Of a stretch of DNA of 64,000 nt, positions 24,525 to 36,690 are shown piece by piece. Under the pieces are notes generated by a model. It did not search any database. It saw nothing but the letters and a program-made list of their open reading frames with translations, and was not told the origin of the DNA. Position numbers and translations under genes: made by a program. This stretch comes from Ginglymostoma cirratum (taxonomy: Eukaryota): the NCBI GenBank assembly GCA_024137785.1, contig JAHRHZ010000266.1, positions 1 to 64,000 of the forward strand, written 5' to 3'. Numbering within the stretch: the stretch's first letter is position 1; the number at the start of each line of letters is the position of its first letter.

Positions 24525-26220
24525 ACTCTGTCCCAGCTTTCTCACCATACCCTTTGACACCTTTAGTCTGAAGAACTATATCTAACTTCTTCTTCAAACA
24601 TTCAATGTGTTCGCCTCAACCGATGACTGTGGCAGAGAATTCCACAAGCTCATCGTCCTCTCAGGGAAGTGATTTCTCCTTCATCTCTGTCCTAAATGGC
24701 CTACCCAATATCCTTAGACAGTGATCCCTTGGTTCTCGACTCCTCAGTCATTGGGAACATCTTTCCTGTATTTACCCTGTCCAGTCTTGGTGAAATGTCA
24801 TATGTTTCTCTGAGATCCCCAGTCACTCTTCTAAGCTCCAGTAAATATTCTCCTAATTAATCCAATATCTCATCATGCATCAATGCTGCAATCCCAAGAA
24901 TCAGTCTGATCCACCTTCCACCTGCAATGCCAGAACATCCTTCCTCAAATAAGGAGACCAAAATCGCACAATACTCCAGGTGTGGTCTCACCAAGGTGCC
25001 GCACAAGAGGCTGCTAAGTAAGATAAGGGCCCATGGTGTTAGAGGCAAGGTGCTGGCATGGATAGTAGATTGGCTGTCTGGCAGAAAGCAGAGAGTGGGC
25101 TTAAGAGGGTCTTTCTCAGGATGGAAGCCGGTGGCAAGTGGTGTTCCACAAGTGTCAGTGTTGGGACCACAGTTTTTCACTTTATATGTTAATGATCTAG
25201 ATGAAGGAACTGAAGGCATTCTGGCTAAGTTTGCAGACAATACAAAGAGAGGTAGAGGGACAGATAGTATGGGGAATGCACGATGGCTGCAGAAGGGTTT
25301 GGACAGGTTAGGCGAATTGGCAAAGAAGTAGCAGATACAGTACAACGTGGGAAAGTGTGAAGTCATGCACTTTGGATAGAAGAATAGAGGTAGGGGCTAT
25401 TTTCTCAACGCAGAGAAAATTTAGAAGGCTGAAGTGCAAAGAGACTTTGGAGCTCCAGTTCAGGATTCTGTCGAGGTAAACTTGCAGGTTGACCGAGTAG
25501 TTAGGAAGGCAAATGCAATGTTGGCATTTATTTTGAGAGGACTTGAATATAAAAGCAGGGATGTACTTCTGAGGCTCTATAAGGCTCTGGTCAGGCCACA
25601 TTTGGAGCATTCATGTGTGCAGCATGGGCCCGTTATCTCAGGAAAGATGCACTGGCCCTGGAGGAAGTTCAGAGAAGGTTCACGAGAATGGTTTCAGGAA
25701 TGAAAAGTTCAATATATGAGGAACGTTAGAGGACTCTGGGTCTATACTCAATGGAGTTTAGAAGGATGAGGGGGGGATCTAATTGAAACTTACAGAATAC
25801 TGAATGGCCTGGTCAGAGTGGATGTTGGGAAGATGTTTCCCTTGGTAGGAGACACTAGGACCCAAGGTCACAGACTTAGAGTAAAGGGAAGACCTTTTAG
25901 AACAGAGATAAGGAGAAATTTCTTCAGCCAGAGAATGGTGAATCTGTGGAATTCACTGCCACAGAAGGCTGTGGAGGCCAGGTCATTGAGTATATTTAAG
26001 ACAGAGATAGATAGGTTCGTGATTTTCAAGGGATCAAGGGTTATGGGGAGAAAGCAGGAGAATGGAGTTGAGAAAATTATCAGCCATGATTGAAAGGCGG
26101 AGCAGACTCAATGTGCTGAATGGACTAACTCCTGCTGCTGTGTCTTATAGTCTTATGTTTTACCAAGGCCCTGTACAATTGCAGCATGACATTCCTGTTC
26201 CTGTGTTCAAATCTTCTCCC
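24525..26220 (-). mobile_element. Older CR1 3' part, split by the + strand CR1 at 24997-26161
   Basis: Reverse-strand LVRPHLEYC motif at about 24965-24996 resumes at 26162 (accaaggccctgtacaattgcagc). Confidence 0.75.
24997..26161 (+). mobile_element. 5'-truncated CR1 LINE with 7-bp TSD
   Basis: KVPHKRLL..GVPQ.SVLGP..KFADN; tail tcttatgttt; TSD accaagg 24990-24996 / 26162-26168. Confidence 0.9.
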
Positions 26221-26809
26221 TATGAAGCGAAAATAGAACTGACAGAGATAGGGAGGGAGAAGCCATGAAGACAAAAATGAGAATTTGAACTTCAAGGTCA
26301 TACCACTGACATAATTGAGCTCAGGATTCTGAGGCCTACAATAGGCCTGTGACAACCTGCATGTTCAATTTGATCAGCCTGGGCAAATACTGGACATGAG
26401 GGCAGTCCCAAAACAGGTAAATGCCTGAACATTGCACCCACTGCACAGTCCTGAAGAGGAGTCCATGTTACCATTCCACCCCTAGATACAGCTCTGGTCC
26501 TCAGATTATCTGAACCCATATGTCCATGCCTTTATGCAGCAAATTCTCCATATACATTTTAACAATAAAAACACACAAGAGAATCGTATTGAATTGCAGC
26601 TTCCTTCCTGTTCTATTGAGATTCTGTATTTGTTTTCATTCATTCATGGGATAAGGGCATCGCTGGCCAGGCCAGCATTTATTGCCCATCCCTAATTGCC
26701 AGAGGACAGTTAAGAGTCAAACACATTGCTGTATGTCTGGAGTCACATATAGGCCAGACCTGCTAAGGATGGCAGTTTCCCTCCCTAAAGGACATTAGTG
26801 AACCAGGTG

Positions 26810-27550
26810 GTAAGTGACATTCCAGGCTATAACCATCATGAATATGAGACAATCTAACCAAAACCCCCTAGCAATCAACAGGATTACCATCACTGAATAC
26901 CTTATTATCAACATCATATGAGTTAGCATCAACCAGCAACTCAAATGGACTCACCAAATGAACACAGTGGCTACAAGAGCAGGTCAGAGGCCAGAAACAT
27001 TGTGATAAGTAACTCACTTCCTGACTCCCCAAAGCCTGTCCATCACGGACATGAAGTGTGATGGGATGCTTCAAACTTGCCTGGATGACGATCTCTAACA
27101 ACACTGAAGAAGCTTGACACCATCCAGGACAAAGCAGCCCACTTGACTGGCACAACGTCCACAACCATCCAGTCCCTCCATCATGGACGCTCAGTAGCAG
27201 CAGTGCATGCTATCTAGAAATTCACCAAACACCCTGAGCTGGCAGCTTCCAAACCATCGACCACGTCCATCTAGAAGGACAAGGACAGCAATTACATGGA
27301 AACATCACCATGTGCAAGTTCCTCTCCAAGTCACTCAACATCCTGACTTGGAAATATATCACCATTTCTTTGCTGTCACTGGGTAAAAATCCTAGAATTC
27401 CTTTCCTCATGGTGTTGTGGGTCTACCTACAGCACATGGGCTGCAGAAGTTCAAGAAGTCAGCTCACCACCACCTTCTCAAGGGCAACTAGGGATAGGCA
27501 ATAAATACTGGCCAGCCAGCAGCGTCCACATCTCACCAATGAATAAAAGA
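26810..27550 (+). mobile_element. 3' part of a degenerate LINE sharing its tail with the tRNA-SINE family
   Basis: Tail aagggcaactagggataggcaataaatactggccag..gaataaaa; related pieces at 19130-19350 and 49360-49700. Confidence 0.6.
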
Positions 27551-27589
27551 AATTAGTCAGTCCATTGATGCATCTGCTGGTGTCAACTT

Positions 27590-28170
27590 CAAGACAGCCA
27601 CCTTGGACCACTTAGAATGGACATCCACAATATGCGAAATCAGTACAAATCTACTGCCAGAGTGAGTTAGGGGGCTCCATGATAGCCGTCATCTGTTTGG
27701 GCACCTTGTGTACTTCCATGCCATCCTGATTTTTATTTATAGGCTATGCTCTTACAATCTTTTTAGGGTTCTTTCTCAATTTATCAAATGCTTCTCTTTG
27801 AAAGATTCAGTCTTTAAAATGTCCTCCAGATACCACTGGACTCCTGGCACCTTTCTTAATATTTGATACATGGCTCTCTGAAATAAAGCTCACGCGATGT
27901 GATGCCAAAAGGAAGTTGCTTGTAGTGGAACAGTCCCCTGTGTGTCACTACTGTCAGCGATGGCTGGGGTTATGAAGGAGTCCCAATCTGCAAGCAGGAC
28001 TGTGAAATATCCATTTTAGGCAATTTCTTTCTCCCAGCCACTACACTGAATAGGTCCTCTTGGAGTAGAAGTGGGTATTGATCAGCTCTCAGGGCTAGGT
28101 CGACTGTGACCTGAAAATCACCACAAATTTTCACTGTGCCATCTGTTTCTAAGATTGGAATGACGGGAGG
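27590..28170 (-). mobile_element. Degenerate Ty3/Gypsy pol fragments (RT and integrase)
   Basis: Reverse strand reads DGTVKICGDFQVTV..DQYPL..EDLFS (RT), LFQRAMYQILRKVPGVQWYLEDIL (RT YxDD region), IVDVHSKW (integrase). Confidence 0.8.
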
Positions 28171-30187
28171 TTCAGTAGCTCCCTGGTGTGTACTCTTCTT
28201 CAGGTGTCAGCCCACACTAGTCACTTGTTAAGTTTGTAATTCACTGGGAACCAGGAATTATACACAAGGAAGACACAGGAACAGTTTATAGACCGTGCTC
28301 ATGCCTCCACAGCTGGCTTTAGTTTGAGCCCCAGGCTTCTCACCTTGGGAGTCACCCGAACAGCTCTCTTAAAGGGACAACACAACAATTGCATACCTAA
28401 CAGTTAATGGTCCTTCAAGTAAGGGAAATAGGTGCTTTCTGTCCATCTATCTTTGCCCCTCATAATCTTATTCACCTCTACCAGGTCCTTCTCAGCATTC
28501 TCTGCTCCAAAAAAAAGCAACCTGAGCTTACTGAGCCTCTCTTCAAAGCTGAAATGCTCCATCCCAGACGAGATCCTGGTGATAGTAGGAACTGCAGATG
28601 CTGGAGAATCTGAGATAACAAGGTGTAGAGCTGGATGAACACAGCAGGCCAAGCAGCATCAGAGGAGCAGGACAGCTGACGTGTCGGGTCTGGACGCTTC
28701 TTCAGAAATGGGGGAGGGGAGGGGGATTCTGAAATAAATAGGGAGAAAGGGGGATATTTGTCCTGATTCTGGTGTATCGGTCAATATCAGATGATCTGTC
28801 CAGTTTCATTTTTTTACCTTAGACTTCGTTGCAGCTTCAGTACAACTGCGTTGTTTGCTTCGCCATGACAGAATGCAACTAATATTCCACCATGTTACTG
28901 TGTGTCTGGAGCCACATGTATGATGGGCTAGAGAGAAAAATCATGGACCTGATGCTGTTCCTCACGCAGACCCAGACAAACCCCAAGAGCCGACACCTGC
29001 TGCTCCAGGCCTGACACAGTAAACACCGTTATTGAACACTGACGTACAACCCAACCCTGTCCTGTGCTCTACATGTAGACAAGGCAAAATAAAGTTGGCA
29101 GATTTCATTCCCTCAAGGGCATGACTAAATCAGATGAGATTTCCAACTCACAACAATGGTCACATGTGGCCATTAGATTGTTTTTTCATTTAACATCCAT
29201 ATGTTTAAAAATTACATTTAAAATTCACCTTCTGCTGTGGTGGGATTTGATATCATGGCCCCAAGAGCTGGGTGCCTGGATTGTTGCAAAGTGATAGCAG
29301 CAGTGTACCGCCACCCCCCTTTAAAGCTCATGTGTGAATGCAGGGGATGGGATAGGTTGCATGTGGCTGTGATGTGTCCCACAGTCAGATGGACACTGGG
29401 GGAACACATTTGCACTGTTGGAACTATTCCTGATGAAGGCATGAACACTTTCATTGGAACCAAGAGAGACATATTAGACCATTGCACCTTCTTACTCGCA
29501 GAGATGACCTTAGTGTCAGGATAACTTCGGGTTATTTAGAGATTGAACTGAATGTTCTGAGTGTGTCAATGTCTTTCAACACTGACATCAGAATGCACCT
29601 AAAAGGATCACCAAATCCGATTATATTGAATATTTAAAAAGCCAAAGTTCAAGCACAAAAGCAAAATACTACAGATACTGAAAATTTGAAATAAAAATCA
29701 AAATGTTGTAAGTGTTCAGCAGGGCTAATTTTTCAGTCCAATGAGCTTTCACCAGAAAATCAAACGATAAAATGTTCACAGAATCTGTTACATTCTCACT
29801 GTGCACCCTCCACAGACTGACGACATTATAATGTTCATTCAGTTACAGGATGAGGACGTCACTGGCTGGGTCAGCATTTATTGCTCAACCCTAATAGTTA
29901 AAAATCAACCACATTGCTATGAGTTTGGAATCTCATGTAGGCCAGGTCAGATTACAGTAACAGTTTCCTTCCCTGAAGGACATTAGTGAACCAGATAGGT
30001 TTTTACAACAATCAACAGTGGTCACATAGTCATCTTTAGACTCTTACTTTAAGAATTTTATTGATTTAAAGTTACACCATCTGCCATGGTGGGATTCAGA
30101 TCTGGTGCCCAGAACATTATCTGGGTCTCTGGATTAACAATGCAGCGGTAATAGCACGAGCCATTGCCTCCCCGTAAAAAGGTTTAC

Positions 30188-30535
30188 CATATACCTGCAG
30201 CCGAGTCTCTTTCTGGATCAGATACTGAGAATTAGGTTCTGAAGTGTATTTCACCTGACACAGGTAAGTGTGATTGTCGCTCAAACTCAGCTGGTTTTTC
30301 CTGGTCGAGGCATTTCCCTCCTCTGGGTTCCCGATGAGCTCGTACCGATTTCCGCCGTTTACTGTTGTCTAATTTCCCTGTGATTGGGCTGTAGATGTTA
30401 CAATGTGTTGGTAGGGCTCCTTCCTAATCCAGGTAACAGTGATCAGGGTGTCGGAGCCTCTGGTCATGAAGATACAGGGTAAAGTAACTGAATCTCCATC
30501 TTTTCCATTCACCATTGAGACAGTTCCCTGAGCAG
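30188..30535 (-). pseudogene. Siglec-15-like Ig V-set exon V3 (phase 1-1) with in-frame TAG
   Basis: ttcctcag acceptor; AQGTVSMVNGKDGDSVTLPCIFMTRGSDTLITVTWIRKEPYQHIVTSTAQSQGN*TTVNGGNRYELIGNPEEGNASTRKNQLSLSDNHTYLCQVKYTSEPNSQYLIQKETRLQVY then G|gtaaa; 348 nt; B-Cys, C-Trp and F-strand YxC present; stop at 30369-30371. Confidence 0.85.
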
Positions 30536-32489
30536 CTGAGGAAAGGACAAACATCAGAATCAGAGGGCAGAAATTCTCAATTCAGTTTGTTACATTTCTT
30601 TCAACATCACAGTAAAATGAGTAATTAAATGCCACACTCATATTTATCATGGGTCTGGACTAGCCTGTTGTAATCTCCTAAAGAACTCAGGAAAATCACT
30701 GCCTGTCCACGCCCTCATTTTGAGTTACAGGTACATATTCATAAGATAATTACGAATCAGAAAACGCACTGAACCCACCTGAATCCATTTTTCCTGAGCC
30801 CAACATGCACTCCCCCGACTTTGCTAAATGTTTGTTATTCATTCCCCAGCCCTAAAATTCACCCCATGTTCCTTCTCTCTGTCTAGAAATCCCATTCCAA
30901 TTATTGAACATACGCCTCCGTGAAGCAGAACATTCCTGATGTTAATCTAAACGTAACCTTTCTCTGATTCCAAACTGTGACCTGTGTGATGAACACAAGT
31001 TGATTAAGGTCTATTGAAGATTAAGATTTCTTGCAGCACTGTCCACCTCTTTGGATGTTGGGTGGTGGGGTGAAGGAATTGGCATCATGCTGCACCACCT
31101 TAAAAAATTAATTATCTTCTGAAAGAAGGAATCAAGCCTCATCTCCTTCCTATTTTGAAATGAGTTCCAGATTCACCGACATCCTGTCAGCATCTACTCT
31201 GTCCAGACCCCTCAGGATCTTGCAAATTTCAATAAAGACACCTCTCAATCTTCATCAACGTGCAACCTTCACCTGACTCTTAACCAATCAGGATAGGCAG
31301 CAGCAGAACTCTCGAAAATCCTTAGCCTATGGGAGTCAGAGAGGTGGCTCTTCACATATTCTCAACCAATGAGACTTGAAGTGCTCACCCAATGAGGGAT
31401 TGGAAGGGACTTGACCTATCTTGTCTTCAACCTACACCAAGAATTGGATCAACAACAAGAAGGAAGCCATTTTACCCATTAGGTCCTGTCAAGATCTGCA
31501 TGGAACAATCCAGGAAAGATCCACTCATCTGGTCAATTCCTGCAAGCCGTGCCAGTTCATTTACTTCTAGTGCCTGTCTGTTTTTCTTTTGAAATCAATG
31601 ACTGTTTCCACACACACCTCTGTTGGTATTGGTGACTGTCAGTCATCAGAAATCACTGGCAAAAATTACTTTCTGACATTGCCTCTGCACCTCTGGCCCA
31701 AAATCTAATGTCTGCATCCTTGTCCCAACAACTAATGGATAGACGTTTTGCTTGTCTGCTTTCTCTTCGCCTGTCACTGTCTTCTTCACCTCAATCCAAT
31801 AGCCCCTCAATCTCCTTAGATTCCAAGGAGAACAACCTTTGTTTCTCAAACCTTGTAAGTAAAACCTGTCTCCGATCCACAACACAAAATGCCCAAGATC
31901 TCCCTGGAATAATGCTGGTAAATCTGCACTCTCTCAAGGACTTTCAAATTCTTTCCAATGTTTGGGGGCTGATCTGGACACACGGTCGGAGCATTTCCAA
32001 TGTTCACAATTGTTAGGCCCCTTGACTGAAAGGTCAACAATGATGGAGCATAATGTAATGTGAAAGCTTGAGGGACTGGAGGGGATTTGAGGAAACTTTT
32101 TTTCCCCAACAAGAAGGCGGTGGGAATTTGGAATGTACTGCCTGAGAGGGTAATAAAGGTGAAAGTCCTGACAACATTTAAAAAGTACTTGGATGAGCAG
32201 TTGAACTATCAAAAAATTCAAGGCAACGTGCTAAATGCTGGAAAGAGGGAATAGCGCCGATTTAGAGCAACTATTAAGGGCAACTTTAAGGGCATTTAAA
32301 TGGTCATTGGATAAGCATATGGATGATAATGGAATAGTGTAGGTTAGATGGGCTTCAGATTGGTTTCACAGGTTGGCGCAACATCGAGGGCCGACGGTCC
32401 TGTACTGCGCTGTAATGTTCTATGTTCTATGTTCTATATTTTGTTGGTGGACTCATGGACATTTTCTGCCCTGTATGATTCTCTGATTC

Positions 32490-33700
32490 TGTGGTTCAGC
32501 ATACTATGTGGGTGAAGTTAAGAAACAAAAGGGGAAGAAGACCATTGTGGGAGTAATCCATAGGCCCCATGACAAGAGCTATATGGTAGGATAGGAAAAT
32601 TATTAGAAGATAGTAAAGGCATGTAACAGAGGCAGTGCACTAATCCTGGGTGGCTTTAATCTTCATGCACATTGGGATAGACAGGTTAACAGAGGAAGCC
32701 ATGAGGAATAATTCATGGAACATACTCGAGACAGTTTCTGAGACCAACGTGTTGTGGATCCAACCAGCGATCAGGCTATTCCAGATTTAGTGATGTTTCG
32801 TGATTCAGTTTTAATAAATGATGCCAAAGTAAAAGATAATAAGCATGGGGCTGGATGAACACAGCAGGTCAGGCAGCATCATAGGAGCAGGAAAACTTGA
32901 CGTTTCAGGCCTAAGGGTTTAGGCCCGAAACGTCAAGTTTTCTTGCTCCTATGATGCTGCCTGACCTGCTGTGTTCATCCAGCCCCATGCTTGTTATCTC
33001 GGATTTTCCTGCATCTGCAGTACCTTTTATCTCCAAAGTAAAAGATACCCTGGAATCAGATATCATAACATTATGGAATTTATCGTTCAGTTTCAGAAGG
33101 TGGAACTTGGGCTGGAAGCAACTTTGCTGAACTTATAGAAGGGTAATTACAAAGGAATGAGAGTAGAACTGGCAGGAGTGGACTGCGGAAGGAGTTTAGG
33201 ATCAAAAATGGCTGAGGAACAGTGGCAGACTTTTAAGAAAATAATTCAAAGCTCACAGCAAAGGTGCAATTCATTGAGGAGAAGCATTTGCGGAAGCGGA
33301 TAAGCCAATCAGGACTAATCAGGGAAGTTAAGTACAGCATCAGGTTGAAAGAAGAAACATACGACAAATATTCATGATAAACCAGAGGATTGAGAAAGTT
33401 GAACAATCAACAAAAGATGACTGAAAAATATATAAAGAAGGCGAAAATACACTTTGAAAGGAAACTTGCAAGTAATATCAAGAGAGAGTGCAAATATATA
33501 AAAAGGAAGAAAAAAGCGAGACTGAACACACGCCGCTTAAAAAATAAGGCTGTGAAATACGAATTGGGAACCAAGATATTTGCAGAGGAGTTGAATAAAT
33601 ACTTGGCAGCAGTTTTCACAGTAGGAGACAATAAAATAATCCCTAAATTAATAACTATTCAAGGAAAAAAGGACTAGAATTAATACAATAAGTACAGCTT
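32490..33700 (+). mobile_element. Degenerate CR1 ORF2 endonuclease region
   Basis: ILGGFNLHAHW, KAKIHFERKLASNIK, FAEELNKYLAAVFTV. Confidence 0.7.
32839..33032. mobile_element. Near-perfect hairpin Penelope-like insertion with 15-bp TSD
   Basis: About 80-bp inverted arms (32834-32914 / 32919-32999); TSD ccaaagtaaaagata 32824-32838 and 33033-33047. Confidence 0.85.
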
Positions 33701-35490
33701 TGCTATTTTGGAAATTGTAGGGGATGATGGGCTCTCAGAGGAATGCAGCACTAACAGCCAAGTTTCTGCTACTGAGACTGGCTCTGCTGTAATGAGGGGT
33801 AGGTCAGGTTTCAAGCGATTGATTGTGATATGGGCTCTCTTCTGAGAGGTACTGGTAGACGTTTCTGTGGCTGGCAATGAGTTGCTTGGCCTGCTGTGTT
33901 CATCCAGCCCCACACCTTGTTATCTCGGATTCTCCAGCATCTGCAGTACCTTTTATCTCTATTAGAATGGTGTGTTGCCCCCGCCTAGTGCCAGGGTCAA
34001 GAGTGTCTCAGAGAGGGTGCTGAATGTTCTTAAAGGTGGGAGAGACCAGCAGGAAGTTGCTGTACACATTGGAATCAATGACCTAGGAAGAGAAAAGGCC
34101 TTCGGCTCTGAGGAGAAAATATAGGAAGTCAAGCAGGAGGTTACAAAGTAGGTCCTCGAGCATAGTAATATCTGGATTACTCCCAGTGCTACATGCTCGT
34201 GAGAGTAGGAATAGGTGGATACAGCAGATGAAGGAGTGGCTGAGGAGCTGGTGAGAAGGATACAAACTTTTGGATCATTGGAATCTCTTCTGATGTGGAA
34301 TTGAATTGTAAAAGAAGAATGGTATGTGCATGGATTGGAAGGGGACTAATATAATGGCTGGGAGGGAAGTGGAAGGTGGAGAATTAGGAGGGTGCAGGGT
34401 GATAGTGAGAACAGGGATCAGCCTGAGGCTGGTGCTGTTGGGGAAAGGTGCACATCAAGTAGTCAACGCAAGTGTAGCAAAGCAGAAAACAAGGTCGACT
34501 TATAAATTAAAATGCATTTATGTCAAAGCGAGAGGACTGACAGGTATGACCGATGAACCCAGGGCAAGGTTGGGAACATGGGACTGGGGTATCACAGCTA
34601 TTACAGAGATGTGGCTCAGGGATGGGCAGGACCGACAGCTTCATATCCCATGGTATAGATGCCATAGGAAGGTAAGAAAGGGGAGGATGGGGGCAAGACA
34701 GGAGTGGAGGTGTTGATTAGGGATAACGTTATGACTGTACTAAGGGAGAATATTCCAGGGAGTATGTCCAGTGAAGTTATTTGATTGGAACTGAGAAATA
34801 AGAAAGGGATGATCACCTTATTGGAATTGTCTTATAGACCCCACAGTAATCAGTGGGACATTGAGAAGCAAATTTGAAAGAGATCCCAGTGATCAGTAAG
34901 AATAATATGGTGGCAATGGTAGGGCATTTTAACTTTCCAAATATAGATTGGGACTGCCATTGTGTTAAGAGATCAGTTGGAATGGAATTTGTGAAATGTG
35001 CACAAGAATTTTTTTTTAAATTTAGCGTGTGGATGTACCTACTAGAAAATTTGCAAAATTTGACCTACCCTTGGGAAATAAAGCAGGGAAAGTGACTGAA
35101 GTATCAGTGGGGGAGCACTTTGGGGCCAGTGACTATAATTGTATTAGTTTTAGTATAGTGATGGAAAAGGATCGACCTGATCTCAAAGTTAAAGTTCTAA
35201 ATTGGAGAAAGACCGATTTTGGTGGTATACGGCAAGAATTTCAAAATGTTAATGGGGGCAGATATTCACAGGTAAAGGGACAGCTGGAAAGTGGGAAGCC
35301 TTCAAGAAGAGATAACAAGAGTCCAGAGATAATATATTCCCGTTAGGGTGAAGTGCAAGGCTGGTGTTTGTTGAGAATGCTGGATGACTGGAGAAGTTAA
35401 GGTTCTGATCAAAAAAAAAAGAGGTATATGTTGCTTATAGACTGCAGGGATCGAGTGAGTCCCAAGAGGATTATAAAGGCAATACAGTCA
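33700..35490 (+). mobile_element. Outer CR1 element, 5' half (ORF1 esterase remnant and endonuclease); continues at 46345-48010
   Basis: EVAVHIGIND (SGNH-like), LKCIYVKARGL, GHFNFPNIDW, GEHFGASDYN. Confidence 0.8.
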
Positions 35491-35499
35491 TTGACCCAA

Positions 35500-36690
35500 A
35501 GAACACAGAACAAAGAAAATTACAGCACAGGAACAGGCCCTTCAGCCCTCCAAGCCTGCGTCGATCCAGATCCTCTATCTAAACCTGTCACCTATTTTCC
35601 AAGGATCTGTATCCCTCCGCTCCCTGCCCATTCATGTATCTGTCTAGATACATCTTAAATGAAGCTATCATGCCCGCCTCTACCACCTCCACTGGCAAAG
35701 TGTTCCAGGAACCCCCACCCTCTGTGTAAAGAACTTTCCATGCATATCTCCCTTAAACTTTTCCCCTCTCACCTTGAAATCGTGACCCCTAGTAATTGAG
35801 TCCCCAACTCTGGGCAAAAGCTTCTTGCTATCCATCCTGTCTATACCTCTCATGATTTTGTAGACCTCAATCAGGTCCCCCCTCAACCTCCGACTTTCTA
35901 ATGTAAATAATCCTAATCTACTCAACTTCTCTTGATAGCTAGCACCCTCCATACCAGGCAACATCCTGGTGAACCTTTTCTGCACACTCTCCAAAGCATC
36001 CACATCGTTTTGATAATGTGGCGACCAGAACTGTACACAGTATTCCAAATGTGGTCGAACCAAAGTGCGATACAACTGTAACATGACCTGCCAACTCTTG
36101 AACTCAATGCCCTGTCCGATGAATGAAAGCATGCCGTATGCCTTCTTGGCCATTCTATCGACCTGCATTGCCACCTTCAGGGTACAATGGACCTGAACAC
36201 CCAGATCTCTCTGTGCATCAATTTTCCCCAGGGCTTTACCATTTACCGTATAGTTTGCTCTTGAATTGGATCTTCCAAAATGCATCAGCTTGTATTTGCC
36301 TGGATTGAACGCCATCTGCCATTTCTCCACCCAACTCTCCAATCGATCTATATTCTGCTGCATTGTCCGACAGTCTCCTTCACTATCTGTTACTCCACCA
36401 ATCTTAGTATCATCTGCAAACTTGTTAATCAGACCATCTGTACCTTCCTCCAAATCATTTATGTATATCACAAATAACAGTGGTCCCAACATGGATCCCT
36501 GTGGAACACCACTGATCACAGTTCTCCATTTTGAGAAACTCTCTTTCACTACAACTCTCTGTCTCCTGTTGCCCAGCCAGTTCTCTATCCATCTAGCTAG
36601 TACACCCTGGACCCCATGCGACTTCACTTTCCCCATCAGCCTACCATGGGGAACCTTATCAGACGCCTTACTGAGGTCCATGTACACAGG
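35500..36690 (-). mobile_element. CR1 3' half (RT); its 5' half is at 40418-42945
   Basis: ORF 35680-36711: YMDLSKASDKVPHGRL, GVPQGSMLGP, KFADDTK, LVRPHLEYC. Confidence 0.9.
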
